Virus record (IMG/VR): IMGVR_UViG_3300022751_000017
Span: 27,187-91,186 of that record
DNA from: a virus
Strand: one strand, 5' to 3'
Length of the DNA: 64,000 nt
Made by a program: the position numbers and the translations under genes. Positions 9,717-19,321 of the stretch are shown one piece after another. The notes under the pieces were generated by a model that searched no databases, was not told the origin of the DNA, and was given only the letters and a program-made list of their open reading frames with translations. Each line of letters opens with the position of its first letter. Position 1 is the first letter of the stretch.

Positions 9717-11336
9717 TTATTTTTCTGGAACTTCCACTATTGCGCATTCAGTTGTTAGGAACATCCCGGCAACGGAGCTTGCATTTTCCAGGGACACACG
9801 AAGAACCTTAGCTGGATCTATAACGCCAGTGGCCAATAAGTCTGCATATTCATTTGTTTTGGCATTGTATCCAAAGTTGGGCGCCATTGATGTGCAGATA
9901 TCATATTTTATAGACGATATTTCAGATTGAGTGATGCCGGCGTTTTTTAGTATCTGTATCAAAGGTGCGGCCAATGATTCTACTATAAGATTGTATCCAT
10001 GCACTTCATCTGTAGATTTTGATGAGGTATCTCCTATTGAGTTCTGAGCTTTCAGATAGGCTATGCCGCCACCAGGCACTATACCTTCTTCCAAGGCGGC
10101 CTTCGTAGCACACAGTGCGTCATCTACGCGATCCATCTTTTCTTTCACCTCTATCTCACTGAATCCACCTACATTAATGACCGCCATACCGCTAGTGAGC
10201 TTGGCCAGACGTACCTCCATCTTAGGCCTTTCATAAGCGGTGATCTCTGTTCCATTGATGATGCCGCGGAGTTCTTCGGCTCGTTCAGATATTGCCAATT
10301 GATTGCCTCTTCCGCCTATTATAGTGGTGCTATCACGACCAACAACCACTTTTTCTGCTGACCCCAGCCATGCGTGTGTGCAGTCCTTAGGCTTCATGTT
10401 AAGGTCTTTATCTATAACCGTTCCACCTACCTGGATGGCGATGTCCTGCAGCATTTCTTTCTGAGCCCCGCCGTATCCAGGCATACGTATAGCGCATGCT
10501 TTAATATTGCCTCGGACAGTGTTTATACTAAGGGTTGAGAGGGCTTCGCTGTCGGCATCGCTGCATATAATCAGCAATGAGCGCTTCTTGTCAGGTGTAG
10601 ATCCTTTAGTGCATATTTCCATCACGCTTAGTATGTCAGTGAATGTACTTAGCTTATCCGGGCAAAGCATGATCAGTGGGTTGTCCAATATTGCTTCTGC
10701 TTTTGGCTTATCTGTTATGAATGCCGGGCTCAGATATCCTTTATCAATAGAAAGTCCGGATACTACTGACACAAATGTATCGGTGCTGCGGGACTCCTGT
10801 TTTTGTATCAGTCCATCATTACCTACGCGCAGGACTGCATCAGCTATGTGTTTACCTATTTCTTCATCATTGTTCGCAGATATGGTAGCAATGCTGAGTA
10901 CTTCCTGGCTGTCATTGGCTATCTGCTTTGCCTGTAGCTTAATATTAGCTACAACATCGGCTACGGCATTGTCCATACCACGTTTTAGTTCTACTGGATT
11001 GGCGCCATTGGCAACAAGCTTCATGCCCTCAGTAATGAGGTATTGGGTGAGCACTGTTGATGTGGTTGTACCATCACCGGCTTCGCCTGCGGTTTTACGC
11101 GCTACCGCCTTGATCATCTGTGCTCCGCTATCCTCATAAGGATCTGATAATGTCCTGACGTTCTGCGCCACGGTAACACCATCCTTAGTTATGAATGGGT
11201 TCTGGCCACTATTTTGCTGTATGGTAACATTGCGTCCTTTAGGACCCAGTGTTACTTTTACTGCATCAGCTACCTTGTCTATGCCTGCCTTCATTTTGTT
11301 CCGGGCATCGGAATTAAATTGCAATTGTGTGCTCAT
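9717..11336 (-). CDS. groEL: Chaperonin GroEL (phage-encoded)
   Basis: VKVTLGPKGRNV, ITKDGVTVA, AGDGTTT, EEGIVPGGG and GVIDPAKV motifs; no GGM tail. Confidence 0.98.
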   Translation of the reverse strand: MSTQLQFNSDARNKMKAGIDKVADAVKVTLGPKGRNVTIQQNSGQNPFITKDGVTVAQNVRTLSDPYEDSGAQMIKAVARKTAGEAGDGTTTSTVLTQYLITEGMKLVANGANPVELKRGMDNAVADVVANIKLQAKQIANDSQEVLSIATISANNDEEIGKHIADAVLRVGNDGLIQKQESRSTDTFVSVVSGLSIDKGYLSPAFITDKPKAEAILDNPLIMLCPDKLSTFTDILSVMEICTKGSTPDKKRSLLIICSDADSEALSTLSINTVRGNIKACAIRMPGYGGAQKEMLQDIAIQVGGTVIDKDLNMKPKDCTHAWLGSAEKVVVGRDSTTIIGGRGNQLAISERAEELRGIINGTEITAYERPKMEVRLAKLTSGMAVINVGGFSEIEVKEKMDRVDDALCATKAALEEGIVPGGGIAYLKAQNSIGDTSSKSTDEVHGYNLIVESLAAPLIQILKNAGITQSEISSIKYDICTSMAPNFGYNAKTNEYADLLATGVIDPAKVLRVSLENASSVAGMFLTTECAIVEVPEK

Positions 11337-11363
11337 ATTTTGGTTGTGGGATAAAAATGAAAA

Positions 11364-13049
11364 TTATTCTTCAGTAAAGGTAAGCAGGTCGTTTTGGTGC
11401 ATCACCAGATGCTCGACACCATCTATAGCGATCTCTGCGCCGGCCATGCGTTTAAAGTACACGACATTACCCTCTGATACTATCATAGGTATCTTATCGG
11501 TGCCTGGGCCAACTCTTATAACTCTGCCTTTTACAGGGCGCTCCTTGGCATCCTCTGGAAGTATCAGGTGTGATTCTTTCTTATCTTCTATTGGCAGGAT
11601 AAGAACTTTGTCTCCGAATGGCGTGTGTATTGTGTTGCCCATGTCGTCTTTGTGTGTTTTAAGTAAAATAAAATGTTCGTGTGCTATTATGAAGTTCTCT
11701 CCCAGCAGCGTTATTGGGTATAGTTCCTTAAATGTTGCTACTATCTTTCGGTTACCTTTAATCGGGGTGCAAATGACAGCATGATTCTTATTGACATAGG
11801 CAGCTTTCTCAAGCGCATCCGTCTTTAGTCCTTCTATGCTCGTTTCCAATGCTTGCAATTCTTCTTTCTGTGCAGGGTCTGCAGGGTTAAGCATGCGGTG
11901 CTTGTTGGATAAGCGCTGAAATGTAGCAGTGTACTTACCTGCACCTTCTTTCTTCTTTTCAGCTATTATATTCTGAAGTGCCGGCAGTGTTTTTATATCA
12001 TTGAACGTATAGTCCATGTTATGCAGTTCAGACCTTGGGATTTCTTTTTTCTCAAAAAGTTCAATCTCTGGCTTAAGAAATATGTTCCTGTCAAATGGTT
12101 TGATAGTGCTCAGCTGTGGTATTGGGTTTGTGGATAGATTATTCCTGGATTCCATCATCCCGAAGATTTCTCTTCCGTCATGTGAGAAACAGTTGATCAT
12201 AATGTACGCATACTTTGATTTTCCATCTTTGCCTTTTTTCTCTCGGAGCATGCGGTACTGCTGGTGCTCTACCGTGTGATGGAGTATCGCAAAGCAGCCA
12301 GGGCGAAGCTTAGGGTACATCTTGGCTGCTTCTGAACCTATGCTGACAACTTTAGCATACTGCAGGTTGTACATCATGTGTATATATGCCTCCGGGCGTA
12401 TCAGGCCACTTGCCATTTCAAACCGGCTGCGCTTCTGCTCATTGATGTCTACGCGTACTATTATTTTGTGTGGCGCAGCCTTTTCATTTACTGAGTATAT
12501 ATCACGCTCAAATAATACTTCCATGATGCGGCCATCGACATTAGCTGTGGGGTACATGCCTTGTTCTGCCTTCCTGTATTCTACTGTATCCCCTACCTTA
12601 AATAAAGAGCCTGGAGGGACCGCATGTATTATTCCTTTTTGAGGGACCCCCAGCGTTTCGTCAGGAATGATGATACCGCCATCGCTCACCATTTTGCCAG
12701 ATAGTGGTTCAATGAATAGCCGGTTGAATGGAGTATTATCAACCGACCATATTTCGTTCTCAAAAAGCAGGTCCAGTTCTTCTCCTGCTATCTCTATTCC
12801 GCTGTACCGCTCCTCCGGGTTATTGCGCTCGATCTTGCGATAAGATACGTGTGCACCCACCGGTATTTCTGAGCCTTCGCAGTTGGAAATAACGACACCG
12901 GTTTCGCAAACCACATTTGCATCTTTTGGTATTTCGATACCGTGCTGGTTTACCACTGCAGGATGTTCGTCCGGGCGCACGATAAGGCGCCTTGATATTG
13001 CTCCGCTATTGTTGATGTAGGGGATGCTGGTTAAATTATGTGTGTGCAT
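11364..13049 (-). CDS. groES: Multi-domain (five-repeat) GroES/Cpn10-like co-chaperonin
   Basis: C-terminal canonical Cpn10 (PFGDKVLI...LILP...GRVIRVGPG...IDGVEHLVMHQNDLL), preceded by four degenerate repeats (RRLIVRP..GIEIP; NRLFIEP..GGIIIP; HKIIVRV..SGLIRP; IKPFDRNIFLKP); directly upstream of groEL. Confidence 0.88.
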   Translation of the reverse strand: MHTHNLTSIPYINNSGAISRRLIVRPDEHPAVVNQHGIEIPKDANVVCETGVVISNCEGSEIPVGAHVSYRKIERNNPEERYSGIEIAGEELDLLFENEIWSVDNTPFNRLFIEPLSGKMVSDGGIIIPDETLGVPQKGIIHAVPPGSLFKVGDTVEYRKAEQGMYPTANVDGRIMEVLFERDIYSVNEKAAPHKIIVRVDINEQKRSRFEMASGLIRPEAYIHMMYNLQYAKVVSIGSEAAKMYPKLRPGCFAILHHTVEHQQYRMLREKKGKDGKSKYAYIMINCFSHDGREIFGMMESRNNLSTNPIPQLSTIKPFDRNIFLKPEIELFEKKEIPRSELHNMDYTFNDIKTLPALQNIIAEKKKEGAGKYTATFQRLSNKHRMLNPADPAQKEELQALETSIEGLKTDALEKAAYVNKNHAVICTPIKGNRKIVATFKELYPITLLGENFIIAHEHFILLKTHKDDMGNTIHTPFGDKVLILPIEDKKESHLILPEDAKERPVKGRVIRVGPGTDKIPMIVSEGNVVYFKRMAGAEIAIDGVEHLVMHQNDLLTFTEE

Positions 13050-13066
13050 GAATATGTTTTTGAGTA

Positions 13067-13083
13067 ACCTGCAAAGTGCAGGT
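13067..13083. promoter_or_regulatory. Palindromic operator ACCTGCA-AAG-TGCAGGT, copy 1
   Basis: 18 nt from the groES start codon; three copies found in the window. Confidence 0.7.
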
Positions 13084-13109
13084 AAAGATATTGTAATTAA
13101 TCAGAAGTG

Positions 13110-13117
13110 CAAAGGTA
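13110..13117 (-). promoter_or_regulatory. -7 box TACCTTTG for groES-groEL
   Basis: Reverse complement of CAAAGGTA; consensus match. Confidence 0.55.
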
Positions 13118-13490
13118 TGCGGTTTTTTTTGCAGGGTAAAGCGGTTTTAAATTGTTTCATCCCGCGCAAACTGTGCCAAGCTTGCGAATGAAAGGTTAGC
13201 TATCAACTCAGGAAATCAGTTTAGTTCGATGCCGCAAGGCTGACTTGATAAATTGAAAAGTATTATTCGGTAAAAATGCTGGCAATGTTTGGAAGGTAAC
13301 AACTAGCAACGGACAAGGCAGTGTGTGCTGCACCCAAAACACTGAATACCTATATGAGGAGTAGAAGTTGAGCGTAGCCTGATGTCATCGGCATTAATAC
13401 AAAATGACATAAACTTTTAACTGGTGCCTTACTATAAAGGGACTTGTTTGGAGGAAGACCTTTCTTTGTTGATAATCTAATATAAACCAT

Positions 13491-13498
13491 TATATTTG
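13491..13498 (+). promoter_or_regulatory. -7 box TATATTTG with upstream TTTG (13465-13468)
   Basis: Consensus match in the divergent intergenic region. Confidence 0.6.
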
Positions 13499-13586
13499 CA
13501 CTGCAACTCTTACAAATTGCAGTGTCAGTTCTCGCTGACTTAATCCCCAACTGTGGCACTGGTTGGGGATAATTTTTTCTTTAGTA

Positions 13587-13603
13587 ACCTGCACTTTGCA
13601 GGT
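13587..13603. promoter_or_regulatory. Palindromic operator, copy 2 (ACCTGCA-CTT-TGCAGGT, inverted)
   Basis: Exact reverse complement of copy 1; upstream of the 13668 operon. Confidence 0.7.
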
Positions 13604-13667
13604 GCGACACTCGCCAATCACTATAATCACAATCATTAAAAAGTAGTTTTGTGCATAATACTACTTT

Positions 13668-14159
13668 ATGTCTGCATATAAGAAAGTCACAGCCCCCGTT
13701 CTATGGGATAATGATAGTACATTCCAGGGTGGAAGGTACTACACTGTAAGTTCTTCTGCTATAGTAGTAGGAACTGTAAATAAGCCAACTGGTCCTGTTA
13801 TCCCAGGTGTGAGAACAATACCGGCATTAGTGCCTACGCTGCAGATAAAAGACCCGGAGTATAATGACCTATACCTTGCCATGACCTTTGAAGAGTGGAT
13901 AGCATTAGTAGGTATGGCCAACGGGAGTGCCGGGATACCGGAGTCAGTGACATTCACAGGCGGTGATACAATACCTGCCGGCAATACAATATCATCTCCG
14001 CTGCTTAAAAATATTATTATTCTATCGGTAAACAAGAGCGGCATTAGCATTTACAATTACGTTTACACTAATGGATCTCCGAATGGCACGCTGAATCTAA
14101 CAGCAGATGGTGGATTGGCCGTGGATGAAAAAATACAAATAATCTATAAAAGGGCGTGA
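13668..14159 (+). CDS. Putative virion structural protein
   Basis: Beta-rich 163 aa; first gene of the fibre/lysis operon. Confidence 0.55.
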   Translation: MSAYKKVTAPVLWDNDSTFQGGRYYTVSSSAIVVGTVNKPTGPVIPGVRTIPALVPTLQIKDPEYNDLYLAMTFEEWIALVGMANGSAGIPESVTFTGGDTIPAGNTISSPLLKNIIILSVNKSGISIYNYVYTNGSPNGTLNLTADGGLAVDEKIQIIYKRA

Positions 14160-15883
14160 TGAGAATTATACTGTTGATGTTGTCTTTATTGCTTGTTAAT
14201 TCTCTGTCTTTCGGGCAAATAACTCCTTTTGGTAATAAAAATGGTACCGTGGAGGTATTGGGTGGATTACAGGCTGACAGCGCCTTGGGTATACCGGTTG
14301 TTCCAAAAGGGTATACCGGTTTTCAGAAAGGCATCACCACTACGGCCAGGCTGATTGCGGATATTAATGATACAATGCTGTATTTTATGCGCAAGGGCGT
14401 GTCTGTAAGGACACTCACGCAGTTTGATAGTAATATACTGTATCCAACCCTATTTTTCGTTCGTAATAATTATATCCCCTCGTTCTTTATGGGTGTATCT
14501 AATGGAGTAGCTACACTGGATGCTACCGGGCGTGTGCCTATTGCGCAGATCCCAGCTTACCCTATCGGTACGACATATGTAGCAAGCAGCCTTCCTGAAA
14601 TGTTGGCGTTGCCGGCTACGGTAGGATCCCTATGTGTAAGAACAGATAGTAATTATAGTTTCTCATTGGCCGCTCTGCCGGCTACATCTTATGCGAATTG
14701 GGTTAGGTTGCTTTTCCCTGCTGTGATGTCTTTTAATGGGCGAATGAATGTGGTGACACCTCTGAAGGGTGACTATAATACGGACTCTGTGCTTGAGGGC
14801 CCCATAAACAAATACTTCACAGCAGCCAGGGCACAAGCCGAGATTGTAGCAGATACACCCACGTTCCTTGCTACCAAAAGTAATATTTCTATGCTTACCA
14901 GTGCTACCGGGCAAACTCTTTTGGGTAGATACTCTGCTTCTACGGGCGCTGCGCAGTTTATAACCATAGGTTCGGGTCTTACACTTAATACAAGTACGGG
15001 CGTGCTTTCAGCTACCAATACCGGGAGTGTGACCAGTGTTACAGGGACAACGAACAGGATTACTTCTACTGGTGGCGCAACTCCTGTGATAGATATATCT
15101 GCCCTGTATGTGGGCCAGACCAGCATAACTACACTGGGTACAATAGGTACAGGCACATGGCAAGGTACGGCGATTGCTAATGCATATATTGCCAATCCAC
15201 AGGTTACAGTGAATGGTTCGGCAATATCGCTCGGCGGTTCCGCAACCATATCCGCGGCGCCTAACGGAGCTGCCGGTGGTGATCTTACCGGCACTTATCC
15301 TAATCCAACGCTGACAACCAGCGGCATTACACCGGGCACTTATGGCGGTGCTTCAGCAATCCCTGTTATTACATATAATGGTAAGGGAATTGCCACCAGT
15401 ATTACTACTGTGTCGGTATCAGGAGGTGGCGGATCAGGCGTGACGAGTGTGACATCTACGGATGGCAGCTTATCTGTTACGGGCACAACTATAGTGAATG
15501 TAGCGGTCGCCCCGGTGCCTGTATATACTATAACAGAAACAAGGGCTTTTACGGTTACAGCAACCAATGGCCATGAGCAGCAGGTGACGCTTAATCACAA
15601 CAACCCGACCGATACAATTACATTGGCAGGATTTGGTCCAACAGCTGCCGGTGGTGCCGGGTTCATCAATCAGGTTGTGTTGAACATATACCAGGACGGT
15701 ACAGGTGGTACGGCGGTTTATATAGCCGGTACGAATATACTGATACCCATGAACGGCACCAGCAGGTTAATGCCTGTATCAACCACGGCTAATGCCCTGG
15801 CTGCCCAGTGGGTACTTACCTGGGATAAGCAGCTAAGCAAAGTAAGAGTTCTCTATACCTCAGATTTTATAACACCGCCATGA
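14156..15883 (+). CDS. Tail-fibre-like protein with N-terminal Sec signal peptide
   Basis: Signal ...NSLSFG|Q; fibre motifs GVATLDATGRVP, EGPINKYFTAARA, YVGQTSITTLGTI, GGDLTGTYPNP. Confidence 0.75.
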   Translation: MMRIILLMLSLLLVNSLSFGQITPFGNKNGTVEVLGGLQADSALGIPVVPKGYTGFQKGITTTARLIADINDTMLYFMRKGVSVRTLTQFDSNILYPTLFFVRNNYIPSFFMGVSNGVATLDATGRVPIAQIPAYPIGTTYVASSLPEMLALPATVGSLCVRTDSNYSFSLAALPATSYANWVRLLFPAVMSFNGRMNVVTPLKGDYNTDSVLEGPINKYFTAARAQAEIVADTPTFLATKSNISMLTSATGQTLLGRYSASTGAAQFITIGSGLTLNTSTGVLSATNTGSVTSVTGTTNRITSTGGATPVIDISALYVGQTSITTLGTIGTGTWQGTAIANAYIANPQVTVNGSAISLGGSATISAAPNGAAGGDLTGTYPNPTLTTSGITPGTYGGASAIPVITYNGKGIATSITTVSVSGGGGSGVTSVTSTDGSLSVTGTTIVNVAVAPVPVYTITETRAFTVTATNGHEQQVTLNHNNPTDTITLAGFGPTAAGGAGFINQVVLNIYQDGTGGTAVYIAGTNILIPMNGTSRLMPVSTTANALAAQWVLTWDKQLSKVRVLYTSDFITPP

Positions 15884-16725
15884 TCCGCCTACTCATTATA
15901 TTGCTATTTATAGCAACCAATTCATTTGGGCAGGCTCAGCAAGTGCCAGCCCAGACGCAACGGTTCATGTCCACACTTAATGCTGTAGGGTATGCGCCAA
16001 CGCTGCCAAATTTCAGGGATGCTTACTACTTGGGCATGCATCTATACGGCAATGTGACTCACGAGGGCCAGGTATATGTGGAGACAGATACGTTGCTGTT
16101 CTACTATTTCCCATATATAGGAAATACATCTGCGGCTTTGAGGGTTGATTTCATAACGTTGGCTTCAGGGTCATTCGTTGGTGGAGTTACCATCGGAACT
16201 GATGCATGGAATGGGAATGGGTCTTCAGGGTATTTCAATACGACAATTACGCCACCATCTAATATTGGCAGCTATCATCTTGGTGTATATTCCTTCACAA
16301 ATGAAGCGGCTAACACAAAAGTTGATATAGGTAACTCTACGGGCAATTCAATTGCGCATAGATTCCTGATAAAAACCACGCTGGTGGCTAATCCATGCTT
16401 TATGCTTGCACTATCCATGTCGGCCTCGGTGCCTACCAGTGCGCTGCAGAATGCCCCGGCATCAACAATAGGCCTTTTCATAGCAGCTAGATTAGCCTCA
16501 AACACTTCATTAGTTCAAGGATTTAAGGATGGTGTTGCTCTCCAGGCGGCATCTAATAATGCACCTACAACCGGCACTATTGGGGTGTCTTGGGTAGGGC
16601 ATGACCAATCTGCGACTTTTGGCTACAGCACAAAATCATATGGTGTTGCATTTGCCGGTAAAGCACTTACGACACCCCAGATATTAAGTCTTTCTCAAGC
16701 AGGAACATATAAAGTAACAAAATGA
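15880..16725 (+). CDS. Secreted beta-sandwich (lectin/LamG-like) protein
   Basis: Signal ...TNSFG|Q; GNGSSGYFNT-type motif; beta-rich. Confidence 0.55.
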   Translation: MIRLLIILLFIATNSFGQAQQVPAQTQRFMSTLNAVGYAPTLPNFRDAYYLGMHLYGNVTHEGQVYVETDTLLFYYFPYIGNTSAALRVDFITLASGSFVGGVTIGTDAWNGNGSSGYFNTTITPPSNIGSYHLGVYSFTNEAANTKVDIGNSTGNSIAHRFLIKTTLVANPCFMLALSMSASVPTSALQNAPASTIGLFIAARLASNTSLVQGFKDGVALQAASNNAPTTGTIGVSWVGHDQSATFGYSTKSYGVAFAGKALTTPQILSLSQAGTYKVTK

Positions 16726-17339
16726 AAAAATACATCTATCTGCTGTTAATGATATTGGGAAGTGCCCAGCACACTTTCGCACAGGCGCCACCACCACAAT
16801 ATTGGATAATAATCCCCCCGGACTTTGCTTTATCCATGCGTGATAGCATTGGCTGTAGCGGTGGTTGCGTATTTGCATGCGCAGTGGATACGTTTGGGCG
16901 GTATATAGTGGATACATCTACCTCCCATTATTTTGAGGCAGCATTCGATACGATGTATGCGCATACAGGTGGGAGGCATATGGAACTGATCAATTACTAC
17001 CAGATATGGCAAGGTGATCCTTACCAGGGCCAGATGCTGGTGGACATGCATATAAAAGTAAGGGATGGGTATATCCCACAAAAGGATACTGCAACAATAT
17101 CAGGGAGCACAACCTATGTTCTACCGGCGGGGCGAGTGTTGCTACTATACAGGATAGTGCCGTCAGGGAGCACAACGATCACGGTAGGGTTGACACCCGG
17201 AGGGGATGAAATATTCCCAGCTACTACCACCAGTCAGCCATTGACATTGCAATCCGGCATAACGTTCGATACAAATACAACTATTTATATAACCGTTACA
17301 GGAGGTACATCTTGTAGACACATTCGCCTTAAAGTATGA
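16722..17339 (+). CDS. Secreted hypothetical protein
   Basis: Signal ...HTFA|Q; C-terminal beta domain (VGLTPGGDEI). Confidence 0.6.
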   Translation: MKKYIYLLLMILGSAQHTFAQAPPPQYWIIIPPDFALSMRDSIGCSGGCVFACAVDTFGRYIVDTSTSHYFEAAFDTMYAHTGGRHMELINYYQIWQGDPYQGQMLVDMHIKVRDGYIPQKDTATISGSTTYVLPAGRVLLLYRIVPSGSTTITVGLTPGGDEIFPATTTSQPLTLQSGITFDTNTTIYITVTGGTSCRHIRLKV

Positions 17340-18256
17340 GAAACATATTCATAACCGTTATTACCGTAGTTTGTGTCTGTATTGCGGCATTCATTTATAT
17401 TACGGCCAGGACAGAAGCTCCGGCGCATGCGCAGACATCTGTGTATATGACAGATGTTCTGAAGCTGGGGTCAAAAATGGCTACATCACTCAGTGACGAT
17501 ACTACCGGTGCCAACTGGACTACTCAATCACTAATTGAGGGCTATGCAATCAAGCGATATGTCGCAGGAAGGGTTGCTGCGACTGTAGCCTTGATACCAA
17601 CCAACAATAATACGCTGTCCAATGGTGCCGGTTATATTACCGCAAGCTCAGCCTCGGCACTGACCAATAAGAGCGGGAATATATCTATGTGGACGAATGA
17701 CATAGGCTATATTACCGGCATAACAAATGCCCAGGTGGTATCTGCTTTGGCGTATACTCCTACACCTACAACCCGGAATCTCACTATAAATGGCTCTACT
17801 CAGTCATTGGCCTCTGATAGAACATGGACATTGACTACTGCAACTGTGGCGGAGAGTGGTAATCTATATTATACTGATACACGTAGTAGAGCAGCTGTAT
17901 CTTTGACTACTACCGGTACCGGAGTTGCGACTTATAATCCTGCTACAGGTGTACTAAATATTCCGGCACCAAATTCCTACAAAATACCTGTACCTTATTC
18001 TGGAATTACTAATGGGTCTGGAGATTATACAGTTACATTTCCGGTTTCTTATTCAGTAGCTCCAAATATACAGGCTAATATAGTAGGTGGTACTGACTTG
18101 CAGCGATCCACAATAACCACAATAACAACTACTGGATTTACAGTACATGTTGTTGTGCAGAATACTACAACCGTTGCGCTTGTAGGTCTTGTGCTTATAC
18201 CCGGAACTGCTGCCGTGGTTGGAGCTAAGGTAGATGTGCTTATAACTGAGAAATAA
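17336..18256 (+). CDS. Tail-fibre-like protein with signal peptide/anchor
   Basis: Hydrophobic N-terminus then AHA|Q; fibre motifs IPTNNNTLSNGAGYIT, TNDIGYITG, ESGNLYYTDTR; C-terminal VTFPVSYSVAP domain. Confidence 0.7.
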   Translation: MRNIFITVITVVCVCIAAFIYITARTEAPAHAQTSVYMTDVLKLGSKMATSLSDDTTGANWTTQSLIEGYAIKRYVAGRVAATVALIPTNNNTLSNGAGYITASSASALTNKSGNISMWTNDIGYITGITNAQVVSALAYTPTPTTRNLTINGSTQSLASDRTWTLTTATVAESGNLYYTDTRSRAAVSLTTTGTGVATYNPATGVLNIPAPNSYKIPVPYSGITNGSGDYTVTFPVSYSVAPNIQANIVGGTDLQRSTITTITTTGFTVHVVVQNTTTVALVGLVLIPGTAAVVGAKVDVLITEK

Positions 18257-18287
18257 TTATAACTAAACAATAAAATCGACCAAGCAC

Positions 18288-18614
18288 ATGTGCAAAGCAA
18301 CTCGTTTAATGAAGATTAAAGATTTCAACCTGTTTTCAGATGATGTGACAGGAATTAATGGTGATGGCATACCAGTAGGCAAGCTGCCATTTTTGCTTGC
18401 CGCATACCCTACTATGTTTGCTATAGCACCAGATACTGATGGTCAACCTACATTATTTGCGGAGGTGCCGGTAGGTGAAGGCTTGACGTTGAACACTACC
18501 TCTATGGATCGCGTGGCTACTGAGGTACATTCTGTAGAATTTAATGGTGATAATGTACCACTGCTTATCAGACTATTTGGTGCATGGACTAAGCCAAAAC
18601 CTAAAGTATCGTGA
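18288..18614 (+). CDS. Hypothetical protein (start may be 18309)
   Basis: ORF in the operon. Confidence 0.6.
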   Translation: MCKATRLMKIKDFNLFSDDVTGINGDGIPVGKLPFLLAAYPTMFAIAPDTDGQPTLFAEVPVGEGLTLNTTSMDRVATEVHSVEFNGDNVPLLIRLFGAWTKPKPKVS

Positions 18615-18937
18615 GGAGATGGGAGCCATTTGTCTGGTGGGGTGTTCTTGCATGTGGGTTCCTCATGGAATATTATAAGGGAACTGACAAAGTCCCTGTT
18701 TTTGATGCCATGGGGAGTGCAATGTTGATTTTTGTCGGACTATTTGGGAAAAACAACAATCTTGTAATTGCATGGTATATATTATTCTTAGGGATAGGCA
18801 AGGCATTTGACGCAATACAATACCCTTATTTACAAATAGATCATAATGTAGCAGAGATAGTTAACATTATATTTAGCACGATTGGAGCGATAATACTATG
18901 GATTAGGAGAAATTATCACCATGATACAACAACATAG
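18611..18937 (+). CDS. Membrane protein, about 4 TM segments (holin/antiholin candidate)
   Basis: Hydrophobic; within the lysis cluster. Confidence 0.5.
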   Translation: MRRWEPFVWWGVLACGFLMEYYKGTDKVPVFDAMGSAMLIFVGLFGKNNNLVIAWYILFLGIGKAFDAIQYPYLQIDHNVAEIVNIIFSTIGAIILWIRRNYHHDTTT

Positions 18938-19310
18938 AAGAATGGATACTCCTAAAGCCCATGTTACAGATATATTAATGAGGATACTTGCATGGGCCTG
19001 GATGGTTTTACCTCCGGTGATTATAGGTAATCTCACACTATGGTCTGCAATGGAGGTTTCAGAGAAACGCTTATCCTGGAGAGGCAGGTTTTTCATAGTT
19101 CTAGGATCTCTAGGTCTTGCATCAGTGATGCATAGGGTTTGTGAAACGTACCAGCTGCAAAGGCATGAGTGGATATGTATATTCCTTATAAGCTTCGTGA
19201 GCCAGCATATCCTAAAATTTGCCTACGCTGAATTGGGTGGCATAATGAAGGATGCGGTAAGAGCGCAGCTGCAGCGATTTGTTAAGGGTCTTGATAAAGA
19301 AAAAGAATAA
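18921..19310 (+). CDS. Holin-like membrane protein
   Basis: 3 TM segments and a charged C-terminal tail. Confidence 0.55.
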   Translation: MIQQHRRMDTPKAHVTDILMRILAWAWMVLPPVIIGNLTLWSAMEVSEKRLSWRGRFFIVLGSLGLASVMHRVCETYQLQRHEWICIFLISFVSQHILKFAYAELGGIMKDAVRAQLQRFVKGLDKEKE

Positions 19311-19321
19311 AAACAATAATC

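Noticed and set aside
10507-11784. Long + strand ORFs opposite groEL/groES
   Set aside because: Antisense shadows of highly biased coding sequence.
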